Shown: positions 21,666-31,942, counted from the stretch's first letter. The stretch is 64,000 bases of DNA from Bacilli bacterium (GCA_017435255.1 JAFSFI010000008.1:1765-65764), one strand, 5' to 3'. The notes: generated by a model from the sequence alone, not told the origin. A program made the numbers and translations.

Positions 21666-21805
21666 TGTTAGAGATTAATAGTAATGAGTTAAAAAATATT
21701 AAAGGAGGAGGTATTACTATTTGGGGTGGAATAGGAATAGCTTCAGGAATATTGTTTTTAATAGGTGTAATTGATGGCTTCGTGAGACCATTAAAATGTA
21801 ATTAG
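21665..21805 (+). CDS. Class II bacteriocin precursor A (46 aa) with a double-glycine leader
   Basis: Not in the ORF track. ATG overlaps the upstream TGA. MLEINSNELKNIKGG|GITIWGGIGIASGILFLIGVIDGFVRPLKCN. The leader fits ELxxIxGG and the core is Gly-rich and hydrophobic. Confidence 0.8.
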   Translation: MLEINSNELKNIKGGGITIWGGIGIASGILFLIGVIDGFVRPLKCN

Positions 21806-21817
21806 GAGGTAGATACC

Positions 21818-21988
21818 GTGAAAATAATAACAAAACAAAACGATTTATTAGAAATAAGTGGAGGAATTAATGTATCGGGAAGTGTCATTAATGCCTTTGC
21901 TAAAGGAATAGAAAGTATATTAAATGTCGGACGCAGTTTAGGAACAGCTATTAGAAGATTATATAGTGGAAATTTATGCAAAATTTAA
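21818..21988 (+). CDS. Class II bacteriocin precursor B (56 aa) with a double-glycine leader
   Basis: Not in the ORF track. GTG start 8 nt after AGGAGG. MKIITKQNDLLEISGG|INVSGSVINAFAKGIESILNVGRSLGTAIRRLYSGNLCKI. The leader fits DLxxIxGG and the core is cationic and amphipathic. Confidence 0.72.
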   Translation: MKIITKQNDLLEISGGINVSGSVINAFAKGIESILNVGRSLGTAIRRLYSGNLCKI

Positions 21989-22140
21989 TTAGACAACATA
22001 GAAACAAGATAAATATTTCGCTTCTTCTGTTATCTCCTGTTATTGTAGCTGTGTGTAATGTTTGTTTAGTTTCTATATTTAATTTAGGAAATTATACAGG
22101 TACATTTTTGAGATACTTGTTTCAACTGGTTGTTTCTTGA
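21976..22140 (+). CDS. Candidate bacteriocin immunity protein (54-aa small membrane ORF)
   Basis: Not in the ORF track. ATG overlaps the end of peptide B. MQNLIRQHRNKINISLLLLSPVIVAVCNVCLVSIFNLGNYTGTFLRYLFQLVVS. Followed directly by the operon terminator. No SD seen. Confidence 0.35.
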   Translation: MQNLIRQHRNKINISLLLLSPVIVAVCNVCLVSIFNLGNYTGTFLRYLFQLVVS

Positions 22141-22148
22141 TAATTAAG

Positions 22149-22178
22149 ACTGTTAGCTTGTAAGCTAACAGTTTTTTG
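22149..22178 (+). terminator. Rho-independent terminator of the bacteriocin operon
   Basis: ACTGTTAGCT-TGTA-AGCTAACAGT perfect 10-bp stem followed by T6. Confidence 0.85.
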
Positions 22179-22250
22179 TTGTGATTTTTTTGATAAAGAT
22201 ATATAATTAGTTTAATAATAGGGTTGGTTTTTGTGAGGTGAGTAGCGTTT

Positions 22251-23003
22251 ATGTATTGTATTGGCTGTAGTAAAAAATTAAATAATGGTGAGATTGTGTG
22301 TTCTAATTGTGGAACCAATCAAACTCAAGTTAATATTCCAAGAAAACCAATGATGCAAAGTTTAAAAAAGGCAATTATGAAAAATAAATTTCCAATATTT
22401 ATTGTATTGACAATCTTATTAATTGTTATATTTATATTTGTTATTAATTCAAATAAAGAAGTTAAAGAACCTGCTTCAGGACAACAAAAGTTTTCATATT
22501 ATTCTTTTGATGTAGATGGTGAAGGATTTTTAATCGGTGAAGAGGTTTCGTATTATGAGAAAAAGGGATATTCTTATAAAGACAATTATTATTCAAAAAA
22601 TGACTTTATTGTATCTGATGGATTTATGCCACATCTATTTTATAAAAACAATAATCCAGTTATGTATGCTGCTATGCATTGTCAAAAAGAAGATAAATGT
22701 AGTTATTCTGAAGCACGCATCATAAAGATTAATTTTTATGATGCAATTGGAAAAGTAACTTTTGCTGACTTTATAACAATAGGTACTACTGTGGAGGAAG
22801 TTGAAGAAAAACTTGGAAAAGCAGATGGTACCATTTATACAAATGACAATGAAAAAGTATGGTCATTTTATGATAAAGGTAAAGTAGGAACCCCTTATTA
22901 TGTACTTGAATTTGGTTCGGGTAAGGTTGTTAATATGAAAATAGGTGTTTGGTGGTATGAGGATGAGTATGAGCATACCATAAAAAAATGGGTATCATTT
23001 TAG
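22251..23003 (+). CDS. Zinc-ribbon membrane protein
   Basis: N-terminal CIGC...CSNCG zinc ribbon, one TM segment and an extracytoplasmic domain of unknown function. Confidence 0.5.
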   Translation: MYCIGCSKKLNNGEIVCSNCGTNQTQVNIPRKPMMQSLKKAIMKNKFPIFIVLTILLIVIFIFVINSNKEVKEPASGQQKFSYYSFDVDGEGFLIGEEVSYYEKKGYSYKDNYYSKNDFIVSDGFMPHLFYKNNNPVMYAAMHCQKEDKCSYSEARIIKINFYDAIGKVTFADFITIGTTVEEVEEKLGKADGTIYTNDNEKVWSFYDKGKVGTPYYVLEFGSGKVVNMKIGVWWYEDEYEHTIKKWVSF

Positions 23004-23016
23004 GTGGTGATTGATA

Positions 23017-25809
23017 ATGCAAAAGAATAATAAGAAAAGAAATTTGTTAATAGTTATTGTTATTATAATAATGTTATTATTATCGTTAGCAGGTGCATTA
23101 CTATTTGTACATGGATCTAAACAAAATAAAAATACGATAACAATAAATGAAAAACATTTATCAAAAATAGACGAGAATATATATAATCTAACAGAGAAGG
23201 TTGATTCTTTAAATGGCGATATTATTACAAAAGAAGAAATTGTTGATGTTTCTATTAATGTAAAAAGTGGTAACTTAAATATTTTAGATAAAAAATTGAA
23301 TCAATCTAAAAAATGGCAACTCGATGAAATAAGTTTTGTTCCTGGTACTAATGAAGTTTGCATTACTGCAAAGTTAGAAAAAAATAACTTGGAACAATGC
23401 TTTACGATCAATAACTATAATGAAGAAAACATAGGTGATATAGATGCTGGTGATTCAGATAATGATGGATTAAAAAATTATGAAGAAATAATTTTTGGTA
23501 CAGATATTACAAAAAAAGACACTGATGAAGATGGGCTAAGTGATTATGAAGAAATATATGTTATTTTAACTAGTCCGCTAGAACAGGATACCGACAAAGA
23601 TGGAATAGAGGATGCTTCTGAGGATTTTGATAAAGACCAACTAATTAATAGTGAAGAATTAAAAAAGAAGACATCTGTACATATGAGTGATACGGATGAA
23701 GATGGATTGAACGATTATGATGAATTAAACGAATTCAATACTAATCCAACACAAAAAGATACAGATGGAGATGGATTAAGGGATTATATAGAAATATATG
23801 AAACTAATACTGACCCAAACAAAAAAGATCAAAAAATAGATACAGCAAAAACTTCAGATGATGGAATAGCAAGCGTAGAGGTTAAAGATTTAAATGGTAA
23901 TGCGTATGAAACTTTATCTATTACCAAAGCTAATGTTTCACTTTTAAATTCAAATATTGCTGGTTATATTTTAGATGCTTATGAATTTAACGTTGAGCAA
24001 TCCAAAATAGATGCAGTAATCAGCTTTGATTTAAATTCTATTGATTTGGATGAAAATGCTAATCCTACTATTTATTATTACAATGAAGAAACACAAATGT
24101 TAGAAGAACTTGAAACAACAATTGAAGACGGAAAGGCATATGCCCATGTTAATCACTTCTCTAAATATATATTAATTGATAAAACAGAACATGATGCTAT
24201 GTGGGCTGAAGATCTTAGTTATTTGATTGGAGACAATTATAATAATTTAGATGTTGTTTTTGTTATTGATATATCAGCTAGTATGGATACGAATGATCCT
24301 ACTGATTCAAGAAAACAAATGATGAGTAACTTTATTTCTTCGTTAAAAGATGAGGATCGAGCAGGAGTGGTTTTATTTAGAAGAACATCACAAATTTTAA
24401 ATAATGGATTTTCTAATAGCGAAGGTGATAAGAAAAAATTGATTACAGATGTTTTTAATATATCTAACGACAATGGACGAGAGCTGGATTCTGGCACTAA
24501 TGGTTCACAGGGATTATATACAGCAATTAATATGTTTAAAGATAAAGAAGAAGCAAAAAGATATATAATATTTTTAACTGATGGATTGGATACCCATCAT
24601 GCTTATAAATATGAGGAAATATATAGATTGGCTAATGAAAAACACATAACAATATTAACTATAGGATTAGGATGGGAAGCAGATAGTAATTTGTTAAGTG
24701 AAATAGCAGAAAATACAGGTGGTAAATTTTATTATTCTGAAAATTCTGAAGATTTATATGAAAATTATGTTGGAATTTTAGAAGAAACAGAAGATTATAG
24801 AACCGATAGTAATAATGATGGTATTTCTGATTATTTTACTAAATTGATCTGTGACGGGACTATTACAACAGCAACTGGGCTTAATCCTTTCGAAGGGCTT
24901 TCTTATAATGAAATGCAGAAAAATGATGACCAAGATAAAGATGGATTGAAGAATGGTGAAGAAGTAAAGGTAGTCGTATTAGATAACAAAATATATTTGA
25001 AATATATTTCGGATCCTGTATTTATTGATAGTGATGGTGATGGTTTAGATGATACATATGATGCCAATCCGAATAAAAAATTTGATTCTAGATTTTCTGT
25101 GGTTGATGGACTGGACTTTAAACCTGAAACGCCTACAGAGGATAACCTGGCAAGGGAGTCAAATTCATCATATAACAAAGAATCTGGAAATTGTGTGGGA
25201 TGTAAGACAAGGGCCCAAGCAATGGTTGCAAGTTTTGGAACGATGCCGGCAGCATTAGCTTTACAACATTTTTTAGACAACGATGGAACTACATATAATT
25301 TTAATAATGATTGGGGATTACTTGAGACATATAGAGGAAAAGAGTATTTGGCTAAAAACACGAACGTTTTAATGCAGGTTGCAGAAGAAACTGTTAAAAA
25401 CGGTGACACACTTACTTTTGCAACCAATAAAGAATTAACAGGCACTAAATTTTCAGAACATTTGGACGATTTGGCAGATATTGGTTGGTGGTATGCTGTG
25501 GGACACACTAGAGCAACCATGGTAGGTCAAATTACACAAGAGAATGGAATGTATGAAATGACGTTGTATTATAATATTCACGATTTTTACGATTGGAATA
25601 AAGATGGGAGCTATTTTAATGGAGGTTTCGGCTTACTTGTTAGTGATGCGGAGATGTATAAACTTCACACTTTGGGAATTGCAAAACAATATCGCATAGA
25701 TATAAACTATAAAATGATTGTTAGATGGCAAAAAGGGGATCGTTATTATTTGGATAAAATAAAACTTTGGCAAACTCCTGCCACAATGAGTGTTGAAAGA
25801 ATAAATTGA
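23017..25809 (+). CDS. Membrane-anchored protein with thrombospondin type-3-like Ca-binding repeats, a vWA domain and an unknown C-terminal domain
   Basis: ATG at 23017, 7 nt after AGGTGGTGA. Eight DxDxDGxxDxxE repeats (e.g. DTDEDGLSDYEE). vWA MIDAS DVVFVIDISASMD, and IIFLTDGLD. Confidence 0.7.
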   Translation: MQKNNKKRNLLIVIVIIIMLLLSLAGALLFVHGSKQNKNTITINEKHLSKIDENIYNLTEKVDSLNGDIITKEEIVDVSINVKSGNLNILDKKLNQSKKWQLDEISFVPGTNEVCITAKLEKNNLEQCFTINNYNEENIGDIDAGDSDNDGLKNYEEIIFGTDITKKDTDEDGLSDYEEIYVILTSPLEQDTDKDGIEDASEDFDKDQLINSEELKKKTSVHMSDTDEDGLNDYDELNEFNTNPTQKDTDGDGLRDYIEIYETNTDPNKKDQKIDTAKTSDDGIASVEVKDLNGNAYETLSITKANVSLLNSNIAGYILDAYEFNVEQSKIDAVISFDLNSIDLDENANPTIYYYNEETQMLEELETTIEDGKAYAHVNHFSKYILIDKTEHDAMWAEDLSYLIGDNYNNLDVVFVIDISASMDTNDPTDSRKQMMSNFISSLKDEDRAGVVLFRRTSQILNNGFSNSEGDKKKLITDVFNISNDNGRELDSGTNGSQGLYTAINMFKDKEEAKRYIIFLTDGLDTHHAYKYEEIYRLANEKHITILTIGLGWEADSNLLSEIAENTGGKFYYSENSEDLYENYVGILEETEDYRTDSNNDGISDYFTKLICDGTITTATGLNPFEGLSYNEMQKNDDQDKDGLKNGEEVKVVVLDNKIYLKYISDPVFIDSDGDGLDDTYDANPNKKFDSRFSVVDGLDFKPETPTEDNLARESNSSYNKESGNCVGCKTRAQAMVASFGTMPAALALQHFLDNDGTTYNFNNDWGLLETYRGKEYLAKNTNVLMQVAEETVKNGDTLTFATNKELTGTKFSEHLDDLADIGWWYAVGHTRATMVGQITQENGMYEMTLYYNIHDFYDWNKDGSYFNGGFGLLVSDAEMYKLHTLGIAKQYRIDINYKMIVRWQKGDRYYLDKIKLWQTPATMSVERIN

Positions 25810-25927
25810 TGTTAAAAGCTTGTAATAAAACTCTAGGAATGAATATTCTTAGAGTTTTGCTTTTTAAAAAGTGTTTGAAATAATATTAAAATATAGTATA
25901 ATATATTTTGAAAGTAGGAGCGATGAT

Positions 25928-27175
25928 ATGAGAGATATTTATACAGGGATAGATATTGGTAGTGATAGTATTAAAATCGTAATTAGCGAGTTTTTAGATA
26001 ATCGTTTTAATATACTTGCTTCTACTAATGTAAGATCAGCAGGAATCAAGAAAGGTTTGATTGTTGATAAAGACTTGGTTGTGAATTCTTTGAGGCTTGC
26101 CATAAAAGAAATAGAGCCTTCAATAGGAGTAAAAATAGATAAAGCAATTGTCACGGTTCCTTCTAATGATAGAAGATTTAGTGTTGTGGCTGGTACTACT
26201 AGAATTATCAATGAAGATAATGGTGTTAGCGGAGAAGATATAAGCAATGCGCTAGAAGAGTCTGTTCAAGATCAATTATCTCATAAAGAAAGTTTGGTAA
26301 CAGTAATCCCTATTACTTTTTCTGTTGATGATAAGGAAGGGGTACTGGATCCTAGAGGACTATCGGGAGAATATTTGGAAGTTAAGGCGGTACTTGCTAC
26401 TGCCCCTAGTTCTAACATTATTCCTTTTTTAGAAGTCTTTGAGGAGTGTGGAATAGAGGTTGAAGATATTACTTTTGGTAGTATTGGTGACTATTATGAA
26501 GCAAAGACTAGTGATACTGATAAAAGTTTAGGCGCTATTATTAATGTCGGTAGTGATACGGTTAATGTATCTATATTTAATAAAGGGATTATAATTAAAG
26601 AAGCAAATATAGACTTAGGAAGTAAAAATATAGACAAAGATATTTCATATGTTTATGGTGTTGATTTAACTACCTCTAGAACGCTAAAGGAAAATTTTGC
26701 GGTGTGTTCTAGGCGATATGCAGATGTTAATGATGTTTTAGAAATAGAAACCAAAAACGGTGATAAAGTTATTATTAATCAATATGAAATTTCTGAAATT
26801 GTTGAATCTCGTGTTGTGGAATTATTAAAACTTGCAAAAAAACAAATAAATAACTTAACAAAAAGAAAAATAAGTTATATAATTGTTACAGGTGGTGTAA
26901 GTGAATTAACAGGATTTAGTTATGTAGTAGAAAATACTTTAGGGATTACTGCTAATACACTTAATATTACGACGATAGGAATTAGAAACAATAAATATTC
27001 TAGTGCTTCTGGAATAATTAAGTACTATCATGAAAAATTAAAATTACGCGATCAGTCTTCGGACATGTTTGATGAAGAAAAAATAGAGGAAATGTTGAAT
27101 AACAAAAATAATATAAAGAAGACAACAAATGATACGATCGTCAGTAAAGTATTTGGATACTTTATTGGAAACTAA
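25928..27175 (+). CDS. ftsA: Cell division protein FtsA
   Basis: IYTGIDIGSDSIKIVISE, the actin-like ATPase fold pattern and VTGGVSELTGF. Lies immediately upstream of ftsZ. ATG at 25928 follows AGGAG. Confidence 0.9.
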   Translation: MRDIYTGIDIGSDSIKIVISEFLDNRFNILASTNVRSAGIKKGLIVDKDLVVNSLRLAIKEIEPSIGVKIDKAIVTVPSNDRRFSVVAGTTRIINEDNGVSGEDISNALEESVQDQLSHKESLVTVIPITFSVDDKEGVLDPRGLSGEYLEVKAVLATAPSSNIIPFLEVFEECGIEVEDITFGSIGDYYEAKTSDTDKSLGAIINVGSDTVNVSIFNKGIIIKEANIDLGSKNIDKDISYVYGVDLTTSRTLKENFAVCSRRYADVNDVLEIETKNGDKVIINQYEISEIVESRVVELLKLAKKQINNLTKRKISYIIVTGGVSELTGFSYVVENTLGITANTLNITTIGIRNNKYSSASGIIKYYHEKLKLRDQSSDMFDEEKIEEMLNNKNNIKKTTNDTIVSKVFGYFIGN

Positions 27176-27187
27176 GGAGGAATTGGA

Positions 27188-28285
27188 ATGTTTGGCGCAT
27201 TAGAAATGGATCAATTAGCAAAAATTAAAGTTATAGGTATAGGTGGTGGCGGAGGAAACGCCGTTAACCGTATGATAGAGTCAGGTGTAAAAGGTGTTGA
27301 GTTTATTGTTGCAAATACAGATTTGCAAGTATTAAATAATTCACAAGCTGATGTTAAGATTCAGATTGGTGCTAATCTTACAGATGGATTGGGAGCCGGT
27401 GCTAAGCCAGAGGTTGGTAGAGAAGCTGCTGTTGAATCTAAAAAAGAGATAGAAGAAGCATTAGCCGGTGCAGACATGGTGTTTGTTACTTGTGGAATGG
27501 GTGGAGGAACAGGTTCTGGTGCTGCACCAGTAGTTGCTGAGATCGCACAAGCGCTAGGTGCTCTTACTGTTGCTATCGTTACTAAACCATTTACTTTTGA
27601 AGGAAGAAAAAGAATGGAAAACGCATTAGCAGGTATTGAAGAATTAAAGAAACATGTAGATACTTTAATTGTTATTCCAAACGATAGATTAAGAGAAATT
27701 ATTGATAAAACAACTCCTATGCTAGAAGCATTTAAAGAAGTAGATAATGTATTACGTCGTGGTGTACAATCAATTTCGGATTTAATTGCTGTAGTTGGTC
27801 TTGTTAACCTTGACTTTGCGGATGTAAAAGCAGTCATGGAAAAATCAGGAAACGCTATTATCGGTATTGGTATCGGTATGGGAGAAGATAGAGCTATTGA
27901 GGCTGCCAAACAAGCAGTGTCTAGTCCACTTTTGGAAACATCGATTTCTGGTGCTACAGATGCAATTATAAATATTACTGGTGGTATGAACTTAACATTA
28001 TTTGAAGCAGAACAAGCTGCTGAAGTTGTAAGGGCTGCTGCTAATACTGATATTAATACAATCTTTGGATCTGTTATTAATGAAAACCTTACTGATGAAG
28101 TAATAGTTACTGTTATTGCTACTGGATTTGATAAAGCAAATAAAGAACCGCTTTATAATACTGCACAAACTCCAACTAGAAGAATTAAAGAGGTAGAAAC
28201 TAAAGAAACTCCTATAATTGATGAGGAAGATGATTCTGATGGAGAATATGAATTGCCTCCATTCTTAAGAAATAGAAATTATTAA
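27188..28285 (+). CDS. ftsZ: Cell division GTPase FtsZ
   Basis: [17 protein letters not shown], the tubulin signature [22 protein letters not shown], and a C-terminal ELPPFLRNR tail. Confidence 0.97.
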   Translation: MFGALEMDQLAKIKVIGIGGGGGNAVNRMIESGVKGVEFIVANTDLQVLNNSQADVKIQIGANLTDGLGAGAKPEVGREAAVESKKEIEEALAGADMVFVTCGMGGGTGSGAAPVVAEIAQALGALTVAIVTKPFTFEGRKRMENALAGIEELKKHVDTLIVIPNDRLREIIDKTTPMLEAFKEVDNVLRRGVQSISDLIAVVGLVNLDFADVKAVMEKSGNAIIGIGIGMGEDRAIEAAKQAVSSPLLETSISGATDAIINITGGMNLTLFEAEQAAEVVRAAANTDINTIFGSVINENLTDEVIVTVIATGFDKANKEPLYNTAQTPTRRIKEVETKETPIIDEEDDSDGEYELPPFLRNRNY

Positions 28286-28307
28286 GAGCTAATGCTCTTT
28301 TTTTCTT
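28284..28307 (+). terminator. Rho-independent terminator after ftsZ
   Basis: AAGAGC-TAAT-GCTCTT hairpin followed by a T-run. Confidence 0.65.
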
Positions 28308-28360
28308 TTGTTGCAAGATAAAATGTGGTAAAATTAAATATAGAATATGGAGGTATCTGT

Positions 28361-29833
28361 ATGTTTGACAAGTTAATAAATCTGTTAGAAGAAAAAATTT
28401 CTGTATTAGATCAAAAAAGACGTGATGAAGAACATAAAATTGAAGAGATTAGACAGTTACATAAAGTTATCAGAACAATCAAAAATAATCCTTTTGGATT
28501 AGCTGAATTAAATGATGAGCAAGCTAGTTATGTGGTTAATGCTTTGGGTTTAGGTGATAGTTATTATGAAACTATTAAAAAGTATAAAGTTATTTATGAA
28601 GCTTATTTACAATTTGGAAGAGATGTTATTCCTCAGATTGAAGTTGTTGAAGAATTTCTTGATGATATAAATAAAAGATTGGATAATAGGAGTACTACTT
28701 TAACAGATGAAGTTGTAGAGCATCAATATACAATTATTCAACATGAAGAGCACAGTAGACTGATGGATGAGTTGAGAGAACCAGAAAAAATTGTTTCTAA
28801 AATGGAAGTTTTATTTAAAATATTAAACGAGTCATCATTATCAACTGGTGAAAAAAATGAAATTTTATTTTATATCAACTCTAAAAACAATTCTTTGTTT
28901 GAAAAACTGTCATTAGAAGATAGTGTTGTTAATACAGGTGATAATAATGGACTCGAAGAAGAAATTATTGCTATTGAGAATCGCTTAGAAGAACAGTTTA
29001 ATCCATCAGCGTTGAATAGTATAAAAGCGGTAGCTAAATTATTATTGGATTGTAAAACTCAAGAAGAACTAGAAGATGTTATCGATGAATGGAAATTTGC
29101 ATTTGGTGATGAATCCATTACTAAAGTTGTTGATGCTTTGATTTCTCTAATGGATATTGAAACTTTAACAATAAAAGGTCTTTTTGATCAAGATACTCCA
29201 GGTTATGAGGAAGAACTAGCAAATATAGAGACTCATATTCAATTTTTAAGAGAGTATAAAGATTCGATCGAACAAGTTAACGATATTGAGAATAATTCAG
29301 CTGTAACAGAGGTTTCATCTAACAAAGTGGAACAGGCATTGGCTGAGTACAATGATGATCCATTATCTACTCCTAATATTGTGCTATTCTTAAGCGATGC
29401 AATAAATAGGGATATAAAATCAATATATGATAATGAAACGTTGGAAGATGTTTTCTTGCTTATTGAACAATTGAAAAACGATAATGTAGAAGATAGAAGT
29501 AAAATGGGTGGAGGAACAGATTTAGAAAAACTTAAACCAAAATCTAAAGGAAAACAAGCGAGGGTTGTATTTGTTAAGTTAGACAGTAATATTTATGGAA
29601 TATTACACGTTTCTGGTAAAAAAGGTGATACTCCTAAGGGATGGATTACAACATTGGAAGCAAGAAGAAATAATTGTGATATTGATAATTTGAGAAAGAC
29701 AATAAATGAGCCGGAAGTTTTAGAGATTTATGTTAATAAAACTAAGGAAATATCTGCTAAATTAAAATCTAGAGTATCTGCTTTACATAATCATAATAAA
29801 GAAACTTCCGTAGGTGGTGAATCTAAGAAATGA
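28361..29833 (+). CDS. Hypothetical 490-aa protein: coiled-coil/acidic N-terminal region with a RelE/Gp49(HigB)-like C-terminal domain
   Basis: ATG at 28361, 9 nt after GGAGG. The C-terminal segment GGGTDLEKLKPKSKGKQARVVFVKLDSNIYGILHVSGKKGDTPKGW resembles the G-GGL-K-R..KGKGK..R[IV][IV]Y...LL..YGK pattern of Gp49/HigB-type RelE-fold toxins (from memory). Confidence 0.5.
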   Translation: MFDKLINLLEEKISVLDQKRRDEEHKIEEIRQLHKVIRTIKNNPFGLAELNDEQASYVVNALGLGDSYYETIKKYKVIYEAYLQFGRDVIPQIEVVEEFLDDINKRLDNRSTTLTDEVVEHQYTIIQHEEHSRLMDELREPEKIVSKMEVLFKILNESSLSTGEKNEILFYINSKNNSLFEKLSLEDSVVNTGDNNGLEEEIIAIENRLEEQFNPSALNSIKAVAKLLLDCKTQEELEDVIDEWKFAFGDESITKVVDALISLMDIETLTIKGLFDQDTPGYEEELANIETHIQFLREYKDSIEQVNDIENNSAVTEVSSNKVEQALAEYNDDPLSTPNIVLFLSDAINRDIKSIYDNETLEDVFLLIEQLKNDNVEDRSKMGGGTDLEKLKPKSKGKQARVVFVKLDSNIYGILHVSGKKGDTPKGWITTLEARRNNCDIDNLRKTINEPEVLEIYVNKTKEISAKLKSRVSALHNHNKETSVGGESKK

Positions 29834-30075
29834 GTGATTTAAAAGAAAAACAACTTCTAGTTGGCGATGAAATATTTAAAGAAGTTATTGATAAAAAAGT
29901 AAAAACTAATATAACTACTAATAATATTTGTTCGGATTTAAATTTAGATGAAGAAGAAGTTACAAATTATTTTTTGGGACTATCCAAAACCAATTTGCCA
30001 TTGGGTATAAAAATTTTAGATTATCTTGAAGATAAAGAAGCAAATTCAAGTAGTTATGATAATACAAATATTTAG
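29830..30075 (+). CDS. Small protein with a probable helix-turn-helix
   Basis: ATGA overlap with the upstream stop. ITTNNICSDLNLDEEEVTNYFLGLSKTNLPLGIKILDYL looks like an XRE-type HTH. Sits in the HigA-like position. Confidence 0.45.
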   Translation: MSDLKEKQLLVGDEIFKEVIDKKVKTNITTNNICSDLNLDEEEVTNYFLGLSKTNLPLGIKILDYLEDKEANSSSYDNTNI

Positions 30076-30092
30076 ATAATTGAGGTAATTTT

Positions 30093-31942
30093 ATGGTAAG
30101 AAAAAATGGTGTAATTGATAAAATTATTAGTTTGATTGAAAAAAGTATAGAACAATCGAAAGAGAGTTTGATGAGGCAAGCGATTTATCTAGTGTTTTAA
30201 ACTTAATAAACAAAGTATTTCCGGAAGAAGAGCAAGAAGATTTTTCATCCTTAAAAGGTATATCAAGTGATGAGCTTCAACAATTAGTTTCTCTTTTGGT
30301 TAAGGAAGATGAAAGGGAATTAAAAACTGTTATAAATGCTGCATATTTTCTTGTTACAAACGATATTGATTTAGTAGAAAGACAGAAAGAAGATTTAAGA
30401 GAATTAAATTATCGAGCAAATATAAAACGTAGAAATTTAAGAAAGTCTATTGAACGTCGTGAAACAAATGTAGAGACAATAGAAATCTATAGCGCTTTGG
30501 AAAAAGAATTAAATGGCTTTGCTAAAGACGGATATATTCCTAACGATACAATTAAAAGAGTTTTTGAACTTTTAAAGATTAAAGAAGAAGAACAAGGGGA
30601 ATATCTAAAACAAATATTAATGTTTAATCTTGAACGTTTTACTTTAGTTAATTCAAGGGCTAAAGATGGCGAGCAAATTATTGAAATGTTAGAAGTTACT
30701 AGTACAGATTTAGAAAAACCTGAAATTGCATTGGAGCAAATGCAACCAATATTTGAAAAACATGGCTATGATATATCATTACTTAGTAATGAATTGATAG
30801 AATTATTAACCAGACAAGGAAATTTGTCTAAAATTGATAGCATATTTGAAAGTATTAAAAGAAATAAACTTGATTTTGTAAGTAATAGTAAAGAATCTAT
30901 GCCGTTCTTAACTAATTTATTGGTATATTCTAATAGTGACATTATTGACGAAGCATGTAAGATTTTTAAAGATGCCCATGTAGATAGTAAATTTATAAGG
31001 AATTATAAACCAATATTTTTTCCATCTTCTGATGAAGTAGATGATAGTAAGAATATTACTAGAAGAAGAAACCCGTCAACTATTATTGATCATGGTGAAA
31101 AAGTTGAGGATAGTAATCGAAATAAAGTTATAGGTAGACATAGAGATTTTGTCGAAAATTTGAATTTATTAGAAAGCCTTGGATATGACAGAAAATTTTT
31201 ATTAGAGCGTCAAACTGCAATAATAACGTTACCACATTCTACACTTTGTAGGCATTTAAAAGAGTTAAAGTTATATGAATTTCCAGTAGATAGTGGTAAA
31301 TTTCCTTTATCAACGCTAGGTTCATATAGAATTATGGAATATACTGATGCGTTTATAGAACTTGGTGAAGAACAATATATATATAATTTTCCTTCAAAGT
31401 TATGGGGATTTAGAGATGCATATTTTGATAGGTTGTATACTTTTAAAAAGTTAGGAATTCCATATCAGTATGAGACTAATGGTAATCCAAAGTTGTTGCA
31501 ATCGGTTATTGATTCTGATACTTCGCATGGCGTTACCAAAGAAAAAGTATCTAGTACTGTTCCAAGGGATGCAGAGGTTATTTTAAGAGGAAATAAATAT
31601 AGTGAATTACTTGATAGATGTTTACCAATAGAGATTTCGCAAGAAACATTAGAATCCTCAATGGTTAGACAACTTGATTCTAAATACAAAAGAACTAACG
31701 CTACATATGACATTAATGGTGTATTAATATCTCGTAGGAAGTTGCTACGTAATTATGAATTTTTAATTAATACTGATTTAATTTCTTCTGACGAAAAAGA
31801 TCCAGAACAAATTTTGCTAGTTTCTGCAATTTCTAAATCAAGATTAAGTATTGCTGAAATTGAAAAAGTAAATAACGGTTTAAATAGTTGTATGGTAGTA
31901 GGAGGAGGCAAAGATGGAATTCTTAAAAAACAAGGGATTTAG
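30093..31942 (+). pseudogene. Frameshifted (or slippage-dependent) gene for a ~616-aa helical-repeat protein; the ORF-track entry 30296..31942 is its downstream frame
   Basis: ORF 30093..30200 (RBS GAGGT, MVRKNGVIDKIISLIEK...) and the downstream frame, open from 30140, overlap across an A6 tract (30139..30144). One extra A would give a continuous ...SLIEKKYRTIEREFDEASDL... The N-terminus parallels that of the 28361 protein. Confidence 0.5.

Noticed and set aside
27361-27909. 182-aa minus-strand ORF inside ftsZ. There are similar long antisense ORFs at 33175..33801 in pnp, 24903..25520 in the vWA gene, 37957..38349 and 37111..37440 in smc, 55310..55711 in the ABC ATPase gene and 25939..26247 in ftsA.
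   Set aside because: All lie fully antisense to genes with unambiguous conserved motifs. They have no RBS and give low-complexity Ser/Leu/Ile-rich translations typical of the reverse frame of AT-rich coding DNA.
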